64,000 nt of DNA from Piromyces finnis finn (lineage: Eukaryota; Fungi; Neocallimastigomycota), in assembly GCA_002104945.1 (NCBI GenBank), contig MCFH01000053.1, positions 124,001 through 188,000 on the forward strand, written 5' to 3'. Positions 37,641-54,636 of this stretch are shown here, one piece after another. Position numbers and translations under genes: made by a program. Within the stretch, counting starts at the first letter, position 1. Each line of letters begins with the position of its first letter. Under the pieces are notes generated by a model. The model searched no databases. It had not been told where the DNA came from and was given only the letters and a program-made list of their open reading frames with translations.

Positions 37641-39638
37641 AATGATAGTAATAATAAATTCTACAATTAATACGACTATTACTATTGCCATTACTATTAC
37701 TGTCACTACTATATAATAAATAAATATTTGAAAATATTTATTTATCTATTATGGATGATACATTATTTATTATTATTTTTTTTAAAGAAATATAAAATAT
37801 TAAAAGTCCAATAATCTCATCAAACTTCATATTCATTGAATATCATTAATAATATATTTTCAAAAGAAGCAACTTTATAAGAAAGAAAGTTATTATTAAT
37901 AAAATATCTAACTTTTTTTGTTAATTTTCTTCTGGTCTTTCCTTTTTTTATATGAGCTATTCATTCACTTATTTATTTACTCATTTATTCATTCATCCAT
38001 TCATTCATTTATTTTTAATATTTTATTTGTATTGTAAATTATTATATATATAATAAATAGGATGAATATATTAGAAGTATACACTTTTTTTTTTGGTTAA
38101 GTTCAAGGAAACACAAATAAAATTAATTTTATAATAAATGATTGACTTCCTTTGAACTTATTTCTGTATATTATAATATATTGAAGGTTATTGAAATACA
38201 ATAAGTATTTTTATAGAAAAAAATAGATAGTAATAGATCTATACCCAATAATTTTCATGAATAATATAATAATATATATTTTAAATAAATAAAAATATAT
38301 TGATAATCCATTCTAATATATTGTATCAATTCTTAATAATTAAATAAATTACAAATATATATTAGTACAATATATTCTAATCGAAACTAAATATAAAATA
38401 TCATTTTTTATTGAAAAATACTTTCAATTCTAAAATACTTTGATTTAATAGGTTAATAGAATTATATTTATTCAGACTATTATATTATAATGTTATATAT
38501 TATTTAATATAACTAATATATTGATTATAAATATATTATTTTAAATAATTTATATTAAATTTTATTTTTAATATATTGATTATTGTAAGGAATATATCTA
38601 CAAACTTTAATCTGAATAAGGATAATAATAAAAAGGTGTATCTTTGATTATTTTTATTTTCTAATGATAATAAAAAAAAAAGAGTTAGTTTTATTTTTAT
38701 TAATTGATAGTTAGCAGCTAAATAATATATTATTACTAGTTTTATCTATAGAAATACATTTTTTTGTGAGATATATAATCATTATACCAAAAATATATAT
38801 TATATAGGAGTAAGAAGGTAATTTAAAACATTTCAACATTTCTAATTTTTATTATTAGTATTATATTTTCTTTTTAATTGATATTTGAAATTAAAATATA
38901 TTTGATTACATATTAATATATTAACTATATATTATTGTAATTTAAATTTTAATATTACAAATTAAAAAATTTATAAATTTTTTTTTTTTTTCTTTATCAA
39001 CATTTTGTCATTTTATTTTATTTTATAATTACTAAATCTGTTATAATAATAAAAAAATATATAATATTTATTATTAATATAACGTTTTAGTAAGCTAGTT
39101 TATAATAAACCTTTTCTTTTTCTTTTATTTAAAGAATCAATCGTGTTTTTTTTTTAATATTCTTATTTTCTATATACTAAAAAGGAAATTTGAAGAAGAA
39201 AAAAAAAAGATTATAAATATAAAAAGAAATAACTTTAATTATAAGGTATTATATAATGAGAATTAATAATCAAAAATCAAATTTATAGAGAATAAAGAAA
39301 AGTTAAATAGATTAAATACTTATTCTTGAGGAAGAAAGTTATAAAATATTTAATCTAAATTTTTAAAAAAAAAAAGTGATATAAATAAGAAAATATAAGA
39401 GGAATAAATAAATAACAATAAATTAGATTAAAAGTATTTATATTAATATACTTATTATAATTTAAAATGAAATACTAATATATATTTTTTATACATATTT
39501 ATATAAAATATATTATGAAATTTATTTTGGATTATGAAATTTTATTAAATTTATCTTCAATCAATTAATTTAATTAAATTAACATAAAAAAAAAAAGATT
39601 TAAAAGCAAATAAATTAACAATAAAATAAATATAAAAT

Positions 39639-41888
39639 ATGGCTCAACGTCGTATAAGTGCTATTTTAAACCACCTTGCTGGTTCTGATGATTTAAATCA
39701 TGAAATAAATTATGAAAATCCAGCTGAAAGATACAATCTTAGACCAAATCTTACTTCAGCAGAAACTAAGTAAATATTTATTTGTTTATTATAAAAATAT
39801 TTTAAAAAGATTATTTATTCAAGTTGAATAAATAAAAGCAAAAATTGATTAGTATTAAAAATGAAAAAAGAAACTGGAATTATAAATAAAAAAAATATAA
39901 TTTTGAAATGTTGGAGTATATAAAAAGCAATATTTTATCACATATTGCTAAATTGCTATTAAAAAATTTTAATTTTAGATTTAAAAATAATAAAAGATCA
40001 TAAAGATTATAATAGTTTCATAGAAGATTATTATTGTTATTAAATTCATATTGTTAATCTTTAATTTTAATATATTAGACATCAATTAGTTTTAACCGAT
40101 AACAAATCTGGTCAAAAGTGGAACCTTCCAGCTCCAGATGCTAATAACAATGGTCCAATTTCCCCAGTTCAATTTATTGTTCTTCCAAAAAGGTAAATAA
40201 TAGTATAAAAAGTTTTTGAAGAGTGAATATATATTAATATTTTTTTTTACAGTAAAACTACCAATTCATTAACTGTATTAGATAACAGAACTGGTAAACT
40301 TTATGAAATTGCTATTGAAGATGATACTATTCCAGCTTTAAAATTCAAGACAATGCTTGGTCCAAATAAGAAAGAAGGAATTAGGTAAATAGATAATATG
40401 AAAATAAAGATTTAAAATATTAGGTAAAAAATATTAGGTAAAAAAAAGTATGCTAATATAATTTATTTTATTTTAATGCAGAGTTTATGATCCAGCATAC
40501 CAAAACACTGCTGTTGCTCGCTCAAAAATTACTGAAATTGATGGTGAAGCAGGTGTACTTAGATACCGTGGATACCCAATTGAAGAACTTGCCGAAAAAT
40601 CAAATTATCTTGAAGTTTCTTATTTATTAATTTTTGGTGAATTACCAAACAAAGTTCAATATGAACGTTGGTCTAATGAAATTATGCACCATACATACAT
40701 TCACATTCGTGTTATGGAACTTATGAAGTCCTTTAACTACGATGCTCACCCAGTAAGTTTGATAGATATTAAAAATAATTTAAATATATAAAAAATAGAG
40801 TTTATGAAAAAATAAATGAAACTAATATATATTGGATATTTAATATTTAGATGGGTATGTTTATCAGTTCTATTTCTGCCATGTCTACTTACCACCCAGA
40901 AGCTAACCCAGCTTTAGCTGGTAATGATATGTACAAGGTTAGTGCTACTGCTAGAACTAAGCAAATTGTTAGATTATTAGGTAAAGTTCCAACTGTTGCT
41001 GCCTGCTGTTACAGACACAGAATTGGTAGACCATACAACTACCCACAAAGTAACCTTGGTTACTGTGAAAACTTCTTATACATGTTAGATCATCTTAGTG
41101 AAGAAAACTATATGCCAAATGCTAAATTAGCTCGTGCTTTAGATGTTTTATTCATTTTACACGCTGATCACGAATTAAACTGTTCTACTGCTGCTATGCG
41201 TCATATTGGTTCTACCTTAGTTGACCCATACAGTGCCGTTGCTGGTGCTGCTTCTGCTTTATATGGTCCATTACATGGTGGTGCTAATGAAGCTGTATTA
41301 CGTATGTTAGAAGAAATCGGTAAACCAGAAAATGTTACTGAATTCTTAGAACAAGTTAAGCAAAGAAAGAGACGTTTAATGGGTTTCGGACATAGAATTT
41401 ATAAAAATTACGATCCAAGAGCTAGAATTATCAGACAAGTTGCTTACGAAGTCTTTGAAATTTGTGGTCGTGAACCTTTAATTGAAGTTGCTATTGAATT
41501 AGAAAGAATCGCTCTTTCTGATGATTACTTCGTCAAGAGAAAGTTATATCCAAATGTTGATTTCTATAGTGGTCTTATCTACAAATCTATGGGATTCCCA
41601 ACTGATTTCTTCCCAGTTTTATTCGCCATTCCAAGAGTTTCTGGTTGGTTAGCTCACTGGGTTGAATCTATCACTAACCCAGCTGCTAAGATTTGGAGAC
41701 CAAGACAAGTTTATGTTGGTGAAGGTAAGCGTAGTTATGTTCCAATGGAACACCGTTCATTGCCAGACCCAACTGAAAATGACAATAACGATAATGGATT
41801 CAATATGGAAATCCACTACGATCTTAGTAAGAGAAGTGCTGCTGCCACTTATGAAGGAAAATACAGAAAACCAGAATTAAAAGCATAA
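39639..41888 (+). CDS. Citrate synthase, bacterial GltA/plant-peroxisomal-like type, 5 exons, with N-terminal PTS2
   Basis: Spliced: [13 protein letters not shown]..., [88 protein letters not shown]. All His/Asp catalytic motifs are present; stop TAA 41886-41888. Confidence 0.95.
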
Positions 41889-43400
41889 TTTCTTTTAACA
41901 AATAACTATTATAACTAATTTTTATTTTTATAATTATGTTTATTTAATTTAACTATAATACTTTTTAGTTTAATTTGAAAAAAGAAACAAAAAAAAAAAA
42001 AAACGATAGCATTCAAAATTTTTATTACAGTATTTCCCCATCTTATTATTTTTTTAAAAATGATAGAAATTTTTATTAATATATTTTAGATATATATGAA
42101 ATAACAATTACAGAAAATCATAAAAAACATATATAAATAAATAATAATCAGTGATATAAATAAATATATAAAATAATATATCTTAATTAAAATATTAGTA
42201 TAATAATTTAATCCTTTTATATATTTTTTATTTTATTTTATTTGGAAAAGAAAAAGTTTTTTATAAACTAGATATAAAAAGATCTATATAATTATCCAAA
42301 GAAATATTCATTGATTATTAAATACCACATTAGATACTGAATTTTATCTTTTAGATTAATTAAAAAATACTTAATCGTTTTAATATTTATTAGAAGAAAA
42401 TAAGAAAAGATTGATAAAAATAAGTTAATTTAAATTAAAATAACAATAATCCAAAACAAACTTTATATTTAAAGAAATAATAATAAATAATAAAATAAAA
42501 AAAAAAAATAATAAAATAAAAAGAAAAATAGAACAACAACAAAATAATGTTAAGAATAAAAAAAAAAAAAAAAAGAAAAACCTATTATATTTCATATCAA
42601 TGAAATAAAATAGTAAATTTCAAACAAAACGATTATAACTCTTAATGTATTTAACAAATAAAACCTAAGTAAGGAAAAAAAATAAAAATTAAAAAAAAAA
42701 AAAGAATAAAATTTAAAAAAAAAAATATTTATTAAAACTTCTTTTTCATATTGCATTTATGATAATAGTTTCACAATTTAATTTAAAAATGTTTCATAAT
42801 AATTTTTACTCCTTTTTTGAAATATATATATATTTTTTATTTTATTTTCCTTTAATTTACTTTGGTGTGGAAAATTTTTATTAAATAATTAAAACAATTT
42901 AATAATTTTATAAAGTAACAATTTTTTTTTAGGTTAACTGATTTTATTTAGATCATAGCCATCTTCTACTAATATCCCTTTTTTAATTCTATAATATATG
43001 GAAATACTTTTATGTATTAATAACTTATAATAATGCAATATTAAATATATTATTTAAATTTCCATGTTTTGTTTGTATTTATTACTTTGTGTTATCATCA
43101 TATTTTTCAATAAAATACAGTTATATATATCTGTATAAATTATGAGAATTATTATTTAAATTTTAAATATTGAATTTTTTATAATTAATTGCAATTTTTA
43201 TTTTTCATCTTTTAATTCTTTTTTTTTTTTTATTAATAACACTAAAAAATAGTTAAATGTATAAAATGATATTATGATAATAAATAAAACAAACAAACAA
43301 ATATTTATATATTAAATATACTCAAAAGTAACATTCATTTATTAAATAGCAAAGATAATTAATTTTAAATTTAAAAATGTATGTATTATATATATTTATA

Positions 43401-45765
<2,365 letters not shown>

Positions 45766-46558
45766 TTTTCTTAATAAAATATCGAATGGTGCGGTTAATA
45801 TATATAATTATATATGTTAATAAGAGAAATAAGATTTTTATAGAGATTTTCAATTAAATAATTAATAGAAATTTGATATAATGAAATTTGATGGTTTATA
45901 AATTTTAAACATTGAATAAAAAATTATATCCATTTACAATATGTATTGTGTATTATTTTAAAATTAAAATATATAATATAATCTTATTAAAATTATAAGT
46001 TATATAAATTATATAATAATCCCATTTAAAATGACATTTCCAACTTAAATTTGATTTTGATTATATCATCATAAAAAAAAAAGAAAAGAAAAGAAAAAGA
46101 AAAGAAAAAAATTAATTACTTTATTCCAATGGAAATAATTGATTATTATTTTGTAATATGCTACTGTTATTTGTAATGTTTATGCTTTTAAAGTGTTAAA
46201 TGTATATTATAATAATAATATGTTAAAGATAAATTATATTGAAAATTAAAATTTTTTAATATAAAAAAATATTTGCTCGTTTTTATTATTTATTTATTTA
46301 TTTTATTTTATTTTAACATGTCTATAAAAACAAAAACTTTATAATTAATTTTTTATTAATAATTTATTTGAAATTTATTAATTTTGGTATACATAATATA
46401 AGTCTTTATTAAAAAAAAAAAAAAAAAAAAAAAATACAAAAATAAAGAAAATAATAAGCACAGAGAGAAAAAATTAAAATATTTAAAAAAAAAAAAGTTT
46501 TCTTATAATTATTTGGATAAATATATATTTTGATAATTATTATCATAATTTACCGTTT

Positions 46559-49217
46559 TTATTTCTTTAAATTAAGATTTTGATTCTCATTTTTAATTAA
46601 AGAAGCCATTTTAATGGTAGTTTCAGAAATCACCTTACCAATTTGGAAAAGTAAATTTGTTTTACTTTGTTTAAAAGCTATAGCATTATTAAGTACTAAT
46701 GATTTAAATTGAGAATCATTAATTGGCTTCATTTCTTTTTTTTTTTTTTTTTTTTTTTAATTATTGTAAAAATATTAATATTAGAAATTATTATTCATTG
46801 ATTTTTTTGTATATAATATGAAAGTAAATAAATCTATTTTCTATATAAAAACATTAGAAGAATAAAAAAAGAAAAAACTTATTTACTGTGAAGTAAGTCG
46901 CTCACTAAATGAATTATATTTGGAAAAGCTTTACATATATTAACTAATACAGGAATAACTTCGACTAAATAATCAGGTATACTTTCAACAATGTTTCCTA
47001 TTGAATATATAATATAATATAATATTAATTTCTTTCTTCTTCTTTTTAATAAAAAGATATATATAGAATATTAATATTAATAGATTACCTAAATTATTTA
47101 ATGATATTTCATTATTTATTTGATTTTGAATTTGGGAAGTAAAATTAATAAATGGTAATGCCATATGCTTAATTTTTGGTATGACAACATCCTTTGCTAA
47201 AGCATGACTAATAGTTAATAATGTTTATTTATATTATAAGCAACAAACTTATTAGCCTAATTCATATTCTTAATATAGCATAAATAAAGTTTATAATTAA
47301 TAATAAATATTTATACCTTCTAGCAACGGGATATTTCATAAATACATAACCTGACAAATGAATACCAAAAATCTGACTTTCAATATTTGTTATTGATAAT
47401 AACTCTGGTATAAAATCAAAACAAACGTCTATAATAATAAAAAATTAATAAATAACAATTAAATTAATAATAATTAATAACAAAAATAATAGTATTTACG
47501 CATTGATGGGACATATTTAACCATGTCAGGTATTATATCTACGGCATAAGTTTGAAAATGAATTAATTTAATATATTTCGGATTCTCAATGAAACGTTGA
47601 TTAATAAAGTTAAAAATCAATGAAAGTATAGCCTCTTTATGTTTTTCTTGAATATAGTTAAACCAATATTTAATTATAAATAATAAATAAAATAAAATAA
47701 AATTACTATAAATACATTTTTAAATAATTTAAATATGTAAAATATATTACCATTTGTAGACTTCTTTTTTTCTATTTGAGAAATTTCAATTAAAGTCTGA
47801 AATAATGATGTTTCTTGTATGTATAATAATGTACTTAGATGTAAATCTCTAAACATATTCTTCATATAATAAAAAAAAAAAAGTTTTTTTAATTTCTTTC
47901 ATTTTCTTCTTAAAACAATACATTTAAATTAAAATGCTTGCTAAATAATAAAATTAGTTACATTAATATTATTTCCTCTAACAAGATGAATATTATATTC
48001 ATGTCTATAATAATGTCTTGATGCCATCATTACAAATTCAAGAGTCTGATAAAAAAAATTATATAACGTAAATATAAAATGTAATTATTATAGTTGCTGA
48101 TTTCTTTTAAAATTTAAAAAAAAATTTATAATTATTTTACCAATAAAAATATTTCCAGTAACTTTGGATTTGAATATATTCTTTGATCACATGTAAATAG
48201 AATCATTGGATTTTCAATAAGATCTTGATAGTTATAATCACTTCCTCTAATTAATTTAGAATGTTTATTTAAAAATTGTTAAATATTAAATACTATTTTT
48301 ATGAAGTAAATTGGTTAATTTTTCATACCTTTTTTCTTTTTGAAAATTATTCAAAGTAGCTACCCATAATTTATTTGGAATGACAGTATTTAATGATTTC
48401 CATATTTCAACAAATTCATCTACTATTAAATCATTATCATCACTAAAATATTTAAATTTAATAATATTAGTGTTAATTTTTTTTTTTCTAATATAATAAA
48501 ACATACTTTAATTCTATAATTCTTGGAATAATTGTTGACAAAATAATATCACAATATGGGATTTTTTGATGCGTTTTTAAAGAATTAATATATCTTAATG
48601 CTTATAAATAAATAATAATATCATTAACATTAACGTCTTTAATAATAAAATTTTATTTTTTAAATAATTGTTTTGCCTAGTTTTAGTTTTATTTATAATT
48701 ACCTAAAAGAATCATTTTATTATCATTTTTTGATTGTAATAAATTTTTCTTAATATTTTCTGGATCAAACTTAATTCCTTCATTATCAATTATCATATCA
48801 TTTTTACTATTATTAATACAATTAATGATATCAACTTGTCTAAAATATGGTATAATAAGACTAGTACTTTTTATATATTTAATATTTTTGTATATTAGTT
48901 TATTTTTAATTTTTATTATTATGTAATTTAACATAATGAATTTTATATTGTTAAAATCAAATATTTACTTATTATCTATTTCTTCTTCCATAATATTATT
49001 TGTTGTATTATAAAGGTGAGGAAATTGATAAGCTATGCATTTTACAAAGCTTGGGTATATTGCACTAAATTCCTTTTTATTTTCAACATAATGTAATATA
49101 TATTTGATTGGAATATTTTCTAAAAATTTGGTTTCATATTCTAATTGAATCAAAATTATCAGTCAATAATAAGTAAAATGGATTAATAAATATTATATTA
49201 ATAGTTGTACATAATAA

Positions 49218-49266
<49 letters not shown>

Positions 49267-52200
49267 GATACCAGAAATTGTTGAATGATGTGGGAACTGT
49301 TGAACTATTTCATTAAACATTAATACATAAAATAGTAATATAATTTGTGAAGGTTGAGGTGACTCGTTAATATCTTTTAAGTAATTATAAATATGATCTT
49401 CAGGTATTTTTGTTATTGAATTTGTAGTCAAAATTCTTTCATAAAAATAGGAAAAAAATTATTGTATGTTTTTATTATTAGCATTTTTTATAATAAAATT
49501 CTATGAAATTTAACTATTATGAATTAATAAAAGAAATTTACCCTTCAATATATTCTTTTAATATTGGTTGGATTAAATGATGTATTGGTAATGATATATT
49601 TAGTATTTGATACATAATCCAATCTTTAACATCCACATTTCCTTTATGAAAAACTTTTCCTCTTAATAATTGATAAACAATTGAAAATGAGAAATTCTCG
49701 TTTTTTGACTGTTGAAAGAATTTTATTTAAATGGGTTTCATTAATATTATTTTATGAATTGAATATTTTAATGTTAAACCTATAATTATTTAACTTACCA
49801 TTTTAGTTTTAGGTAAATATAATGATCTTTTCGTTATTTCACTTTCATTTATTAATGTTTGAGTAATTAAATATCTCATCCCTGGTAATGATGTTTTTGC
49901 TTTATTTGAATAAGATAATAAAAAGTTTGTATTGTTATTATATATATATATATATTTTATTATTAAAAAGAAAACTAAATAAATACTTACGTATATCAAT
50001 ATCAATTCTCAAAATATTTCTAACAAGGTGGACAATTTCGAACATTTGATTTGTATGTGAATACACGCCAAGCATTAAAGTCATTTCAGAATATTCTGAC
50101 CTTAATAAATTTCCCATTAATTCAACTAATGATTCCTTAAAATTATAATAATAGAATTATTATTATTAATTAATTAATTAAAATTGATTACTATTAATAT
50201 AAAGAAATAAAAGAAAAAAAATACTTTTGAATATGAAGAAATCTGATCCCAACATATTAACATGAAGCATAAACTTAATTGTGTCATTCTTTAATATAAA
50301 AATAATAATGTAAATATTGTTATATTTTCTAAAAACAATATGATATATTTACTTTTTTAATATGATTTACCTGTGATTCTGAGATTGTCTAACTACATCC
50401 ATATAAAGATTAAGCTCATCTGAATCAAAATGAAGTTTATTTATTAAACCTGCTAGACCACATATAATTCGAAATGGAATATAAATATCAACTGAATCAG
50501 AATTCATTGACTATTAAAAATAAAAAAAAGTTTTAAGAAAAAGTTAGAAAATTAAATGTACATATAAAAATAGTAAAGCCAATACTTAGTAAATGATATA
50601 TACCATTTGAAACGATATTTCTTGGTGCATTTTTGATTTTATCCAGTTTATATATTGAGTGCATTGTTTATCTTGTATAAACCATTTCGAATTTTTACCC
50701 ATTACTGAATTAATGAATGTTAACTATAATATATTAAAAATATTAAAGATAAAGATAAATATAAACTTTCTTTATTTTTTTTTAAAAAAAAATAATATAT
50801 AACCTATATATTTACTTCATCATGGATAATATCCTTAGTAATAGCTAATATAATATTAGGTAATATACGCTTTTCAACTAATATATTTCTTATTGTAATT
50901 GAATGATGTGGTGCTAATTTATACATTCCAGTTAAAATATGACTATTATTGAAAAGAAAATAACATTTAATTACTAATTACTTTTCATTTTGATTATTAA
51001 ATTGTTTATTAGTTTATATCATTTATGGTGATATTAATAGTACTTTATTGATGACTGTAGTTCAGGTTTTAGTTTATATAGAGAACAGCACTGCTCAACA
51101 ACCTTTATAAATATATCGTAATATTTAATTTTAATTAAATATTGATGATAATAATAAATTTTAATATAATTATATTATTAATTTATTTACCTTGAAGAAA
51201 TTCCAAGGTGTATTCTCAACATATTGAATAATAAATTCTATTCCATATTCTAAATAACAAAATATATCTACAACAATCTTTAAAATAATAAAAAAAATCA
51301 TATATATATATATGATTTTTTTTAATATATATATATATATATTAATATTACTGTAATAATTAATTATAATAATAATTTATATTGAATTACTTCAACTTTA
51401 ATAAAATCATTTAAACAATAGCATAAAATATATAATAGTTGATAGTATAAAATTTGATTTTCTGATTTCATAGATTTTATATTTAAAAGCGGGCTATTAA
51501 AATAATTTATTGAAGGAACAGTGATATTACTTAATGAATTCCTTTGTTGAGCAAATCTCCCAGAATTATTTTTTCCATTACTATTAATACTACTTTCACG
51601 GTTTTGATTATCATTATCATTTACAAATATTTGCAATTTTAATAATTCTAGTATTATTTGACTTTATTATATAAGTATATAATGAGTATATAAAAATAAG
51701 GTTTATGAATTTCAAATTTTAAATGATTATTAATAATTTATTTTTTATTACATTATATCCTTGTTTGTCTTATCAATTTTATCTAAATTTGAAATCTGTA
51801 ATAATTAATTTTTAATTGTTAATTTATTATTAATTTTAGAAACATATAAAAAAAAAATAAATTATATTTTAAAGTAAAATAGCACTAACCAAAGCTGGAT
51901 TATTTAAGATAATATTTCCTTGTTGAAATAATTCATTATAATTTAAAAATTTAATTGCGAATAGAGCATCAATATACTATAATTAATAAAAATAAAATAA
52001 AAGAAATTTTAATATTTGGATAAATAAATTTATTTTTTTTATATCATTTATTAAATTCAACCTTTTCATTTTCTAAGGTCATATTTGGTAAATCAGACTT
52101 ATTCATTAATAATGAAACAATGTATGGTATAACTTCTGGATACTGTTAATTATATTTAATTACAAAAAGTAGCATTTTCAGATATGTTTATATTTTGAAA

Positions 52201-52350
52201 AATATTAATAACAATAAACACTTTAAAAAAAAAAAATTTAAAAAAAAAAATAATTTTATAAGACAATATTTCAATTACTTCTTCTAATGAATTTGGCAAA
52301 ATCCCATCTTCGAGAGATTTAAAAATTTCACATTTTCCATTTGTTGACAT
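46559..52350 (-). CDS. INTS2: Integrator complex subunit 2 homolog, many exons; internal boundaries only partly traced
   Basis: C-terminal exons read FINQRFIENP..IKLIHFQTYAVDIIPDMVKYVPSMHVCFDFIPELLSITNIESQIFGIHL..KYP..RS. This closely follows the INTS2 signature (FIHQMFIADP..AKLVHFQGYP..IPSMHICLDFIPEL..KQIFAIQL). Large helical protein; stop at 46559-46561. Confidence 0.75.
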
Positions 52351-52821
52351 TGTATATGGTATGGTATATAAATTGATAGAATAATTTATAAATATATGTA
52401 CTTTTCCTTTATTAATTCAAATTATTATAGCTTCTTTTAAATGTAAATTAAATATAAATTCAGAATATTAATATTTCTTAGAAAAAAAACATTATTCTTA
52501 TTTGACTTTTAAAATAAAATATTAAATAGTTTAAGAAATATTTTTTTTTACTATATTAAATTGGTTTCATTCTAATTAAAATATAATTAAAAATATAATT
52601 TAAATGGAAATTACATATTTTTGTGAAATATCACGTGTGTACTGTTTTATAATATATGGATTAAGTTTTCTAACAAAGCAAAAATGTTTATTCAAAGAAT
52701 TATAAACTTTAAATATGTGATAATTATTATATTAATGATAATATATATTTATTAAAGTATTAAAGAAAATCAAATGAAAAAGAAATATAGATAATTATTA
52801 TATGTAAATATACTTTATATT

Positions 52822-52859
52822 TTATGATAAATAATTATATTTAAAATTTAGATTGATGT

Positions 52860-52891
<32 letters not shown>

Positions 52892-53818
52892 GTTATTATT
52901 ATTATTTGTATGAGTTGTATTTTTCTTTATTAAGTATATATTTAAAAAAGGTGAAAAAAAGATATTAATAATATAATATTTATAATGTATAAAGTGCTTT
53001 AAATGTAATTTATAATATGTAATATACTTACATTTTCATCAGAATCTTGATTTTGAGTAAAGTATTGGGTATTAAGATTCGGTAATTCATATTTAGGACT
53101 TATTAAAAAAAAATATCAAAAATAATGAAATATATAAATAAAATCATATTAAATAGGAATAAATATATAAAATTAATATTTATACGTACTGTCCTTGATT
53201 ACAGTCCGGTCCTTTAGGACAAAATCCTGATATATAATTTTGACATATAATTTTACGAACATGTTTATGGCGACAATTTGGACCATGCTTACAAAATCCA
53301 CGAGCATACCAAGCACATTCTCGAACTTTTGATTCAGGATCCACATGTAAATACATACATTCTGGATTGCTACATTCACCATATTTTGAATAAAACCAAC
53401 ATTCTGGCATCTTTTTCAAATTATATTCATGAAGAAATTCACATAAATCACCTTTTTTACATAATCCACGAAGCCAATGCTTACAAACAACGGTTTTTTC
53501 TGGACGAGCATGTCTATATTGGCAATTATTTCCTTTAGCACATTGTCCTTTTTGAAAATATTTGCATGTTTCTACATTAACTATAATATTAAAAAAATTA
53601 TATTAAAAGATGTGCAATATTAATAATAATAATAATTAAGAATTCATTAATCAACTTCATTTAATTTTATTTTATTATAAATGGTTTACATGTAAATATC
53701 ATAATATTTACTTACCAGTGTTATTTTCTAATGAAATATTCAATTCATTTTTTATATATTCTTCAAATGAAAAATTTAATTTTTCTGCCTGATTTAATTC
53801 CTTTTCTAAAGTATTCAT
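52822..53818 (-). CDS. YTH1: mRNA 3'-end processing factor YTH1/CPSF30 (CPSF4), five CCCH fingers, Asn-rich tail
   Basis: KTVVCKHWLRGLCKKGDLCEFLHEYNLKKMPECWFYSKYGECSNPECMYLHVDPESKVRECAWYARGFCKHGPNCRHKH is a near-exact CPSF30 signature. The last exon is tentative. Confidence 0.93.
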
Positions 53819-54636
53819 GTTTGTATTAATGATAGTTTTTCTATTGTTGAGTGGAAAGCAATTTCATAATAATATTAATATTACATATATATTATTCTCT
53901 TTCTTCTTTCCTTTAATTTAATAAAATAAATGAAATAAAATGAAATAAAAAAAATATATTATTATTATATAACTAATAAAAGAATTAAATATATATTTTT
54001 TTTTAATAAACTGGAATTGATTTTATATTTATAAATCTATGTATAAATGATATAAAAATATGTTTAATCAGATGAAATTCAATTACTATATTGTTTGTTT
54101 TTTTAAATTAATAATTTTAATTAAATAACTAAAAAATTAATTAATAACTATATATTTATGATTATTTGAAATTAAAATATATTCTTTAATATTTTTTTTC
54201 ATTATATACTTATCTTCTTTCTTATAAGTAAGTGTATTTAATATATATAATTAATTATTTTGTAATAAAAAGGAAAAGTAATAAGGAACTTAAGAAATCA
54301 AAGAACATAATTATTAAAATAAAAAATAGATCACGAAATAAAACATTAATATTGATTAAAAGTAAAAAATCAACAAGTAATTAAATATATAATAAATAGT
54401 TGTATTATACATTTAAATTTATTTTATGAAGATCAATTAAAATACTCTTTCAGTAGTTTAACATTATTATATCATTATAATTTTATTTACAAATAAAATA
54501 ATATTATGCTTTATTTATTGAATAAATAAATAGAAAAATAAAATTATATATATTTATATGTATACTAATAATTTAACACTTTTGATTATAAAAAAACTTT
54601 AAATCAGGATAAACCATTTAACGTGAAAAAAATAAA

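Noticed and set aside
41860-41888. PTS1 at the citrate synthase C-terminus
   Set aside because: It ends in -LKA, which does not fit the (S/A/C)-(K/R/H)-(L/M) consensus.
52632-52637. CACGTG E-box upstream of INTS2
   Set aside because: A single hexamer with no conservation or binding data.
46559-53818. INTS2 and YTH1 adjacency as a functional 3'-processing gene cluster
   Set aside because: Two neighbouring housekeeping genes among unrelated ones (RFC3, RPN6), with no evidence of co-regulation or conserved synteny available.
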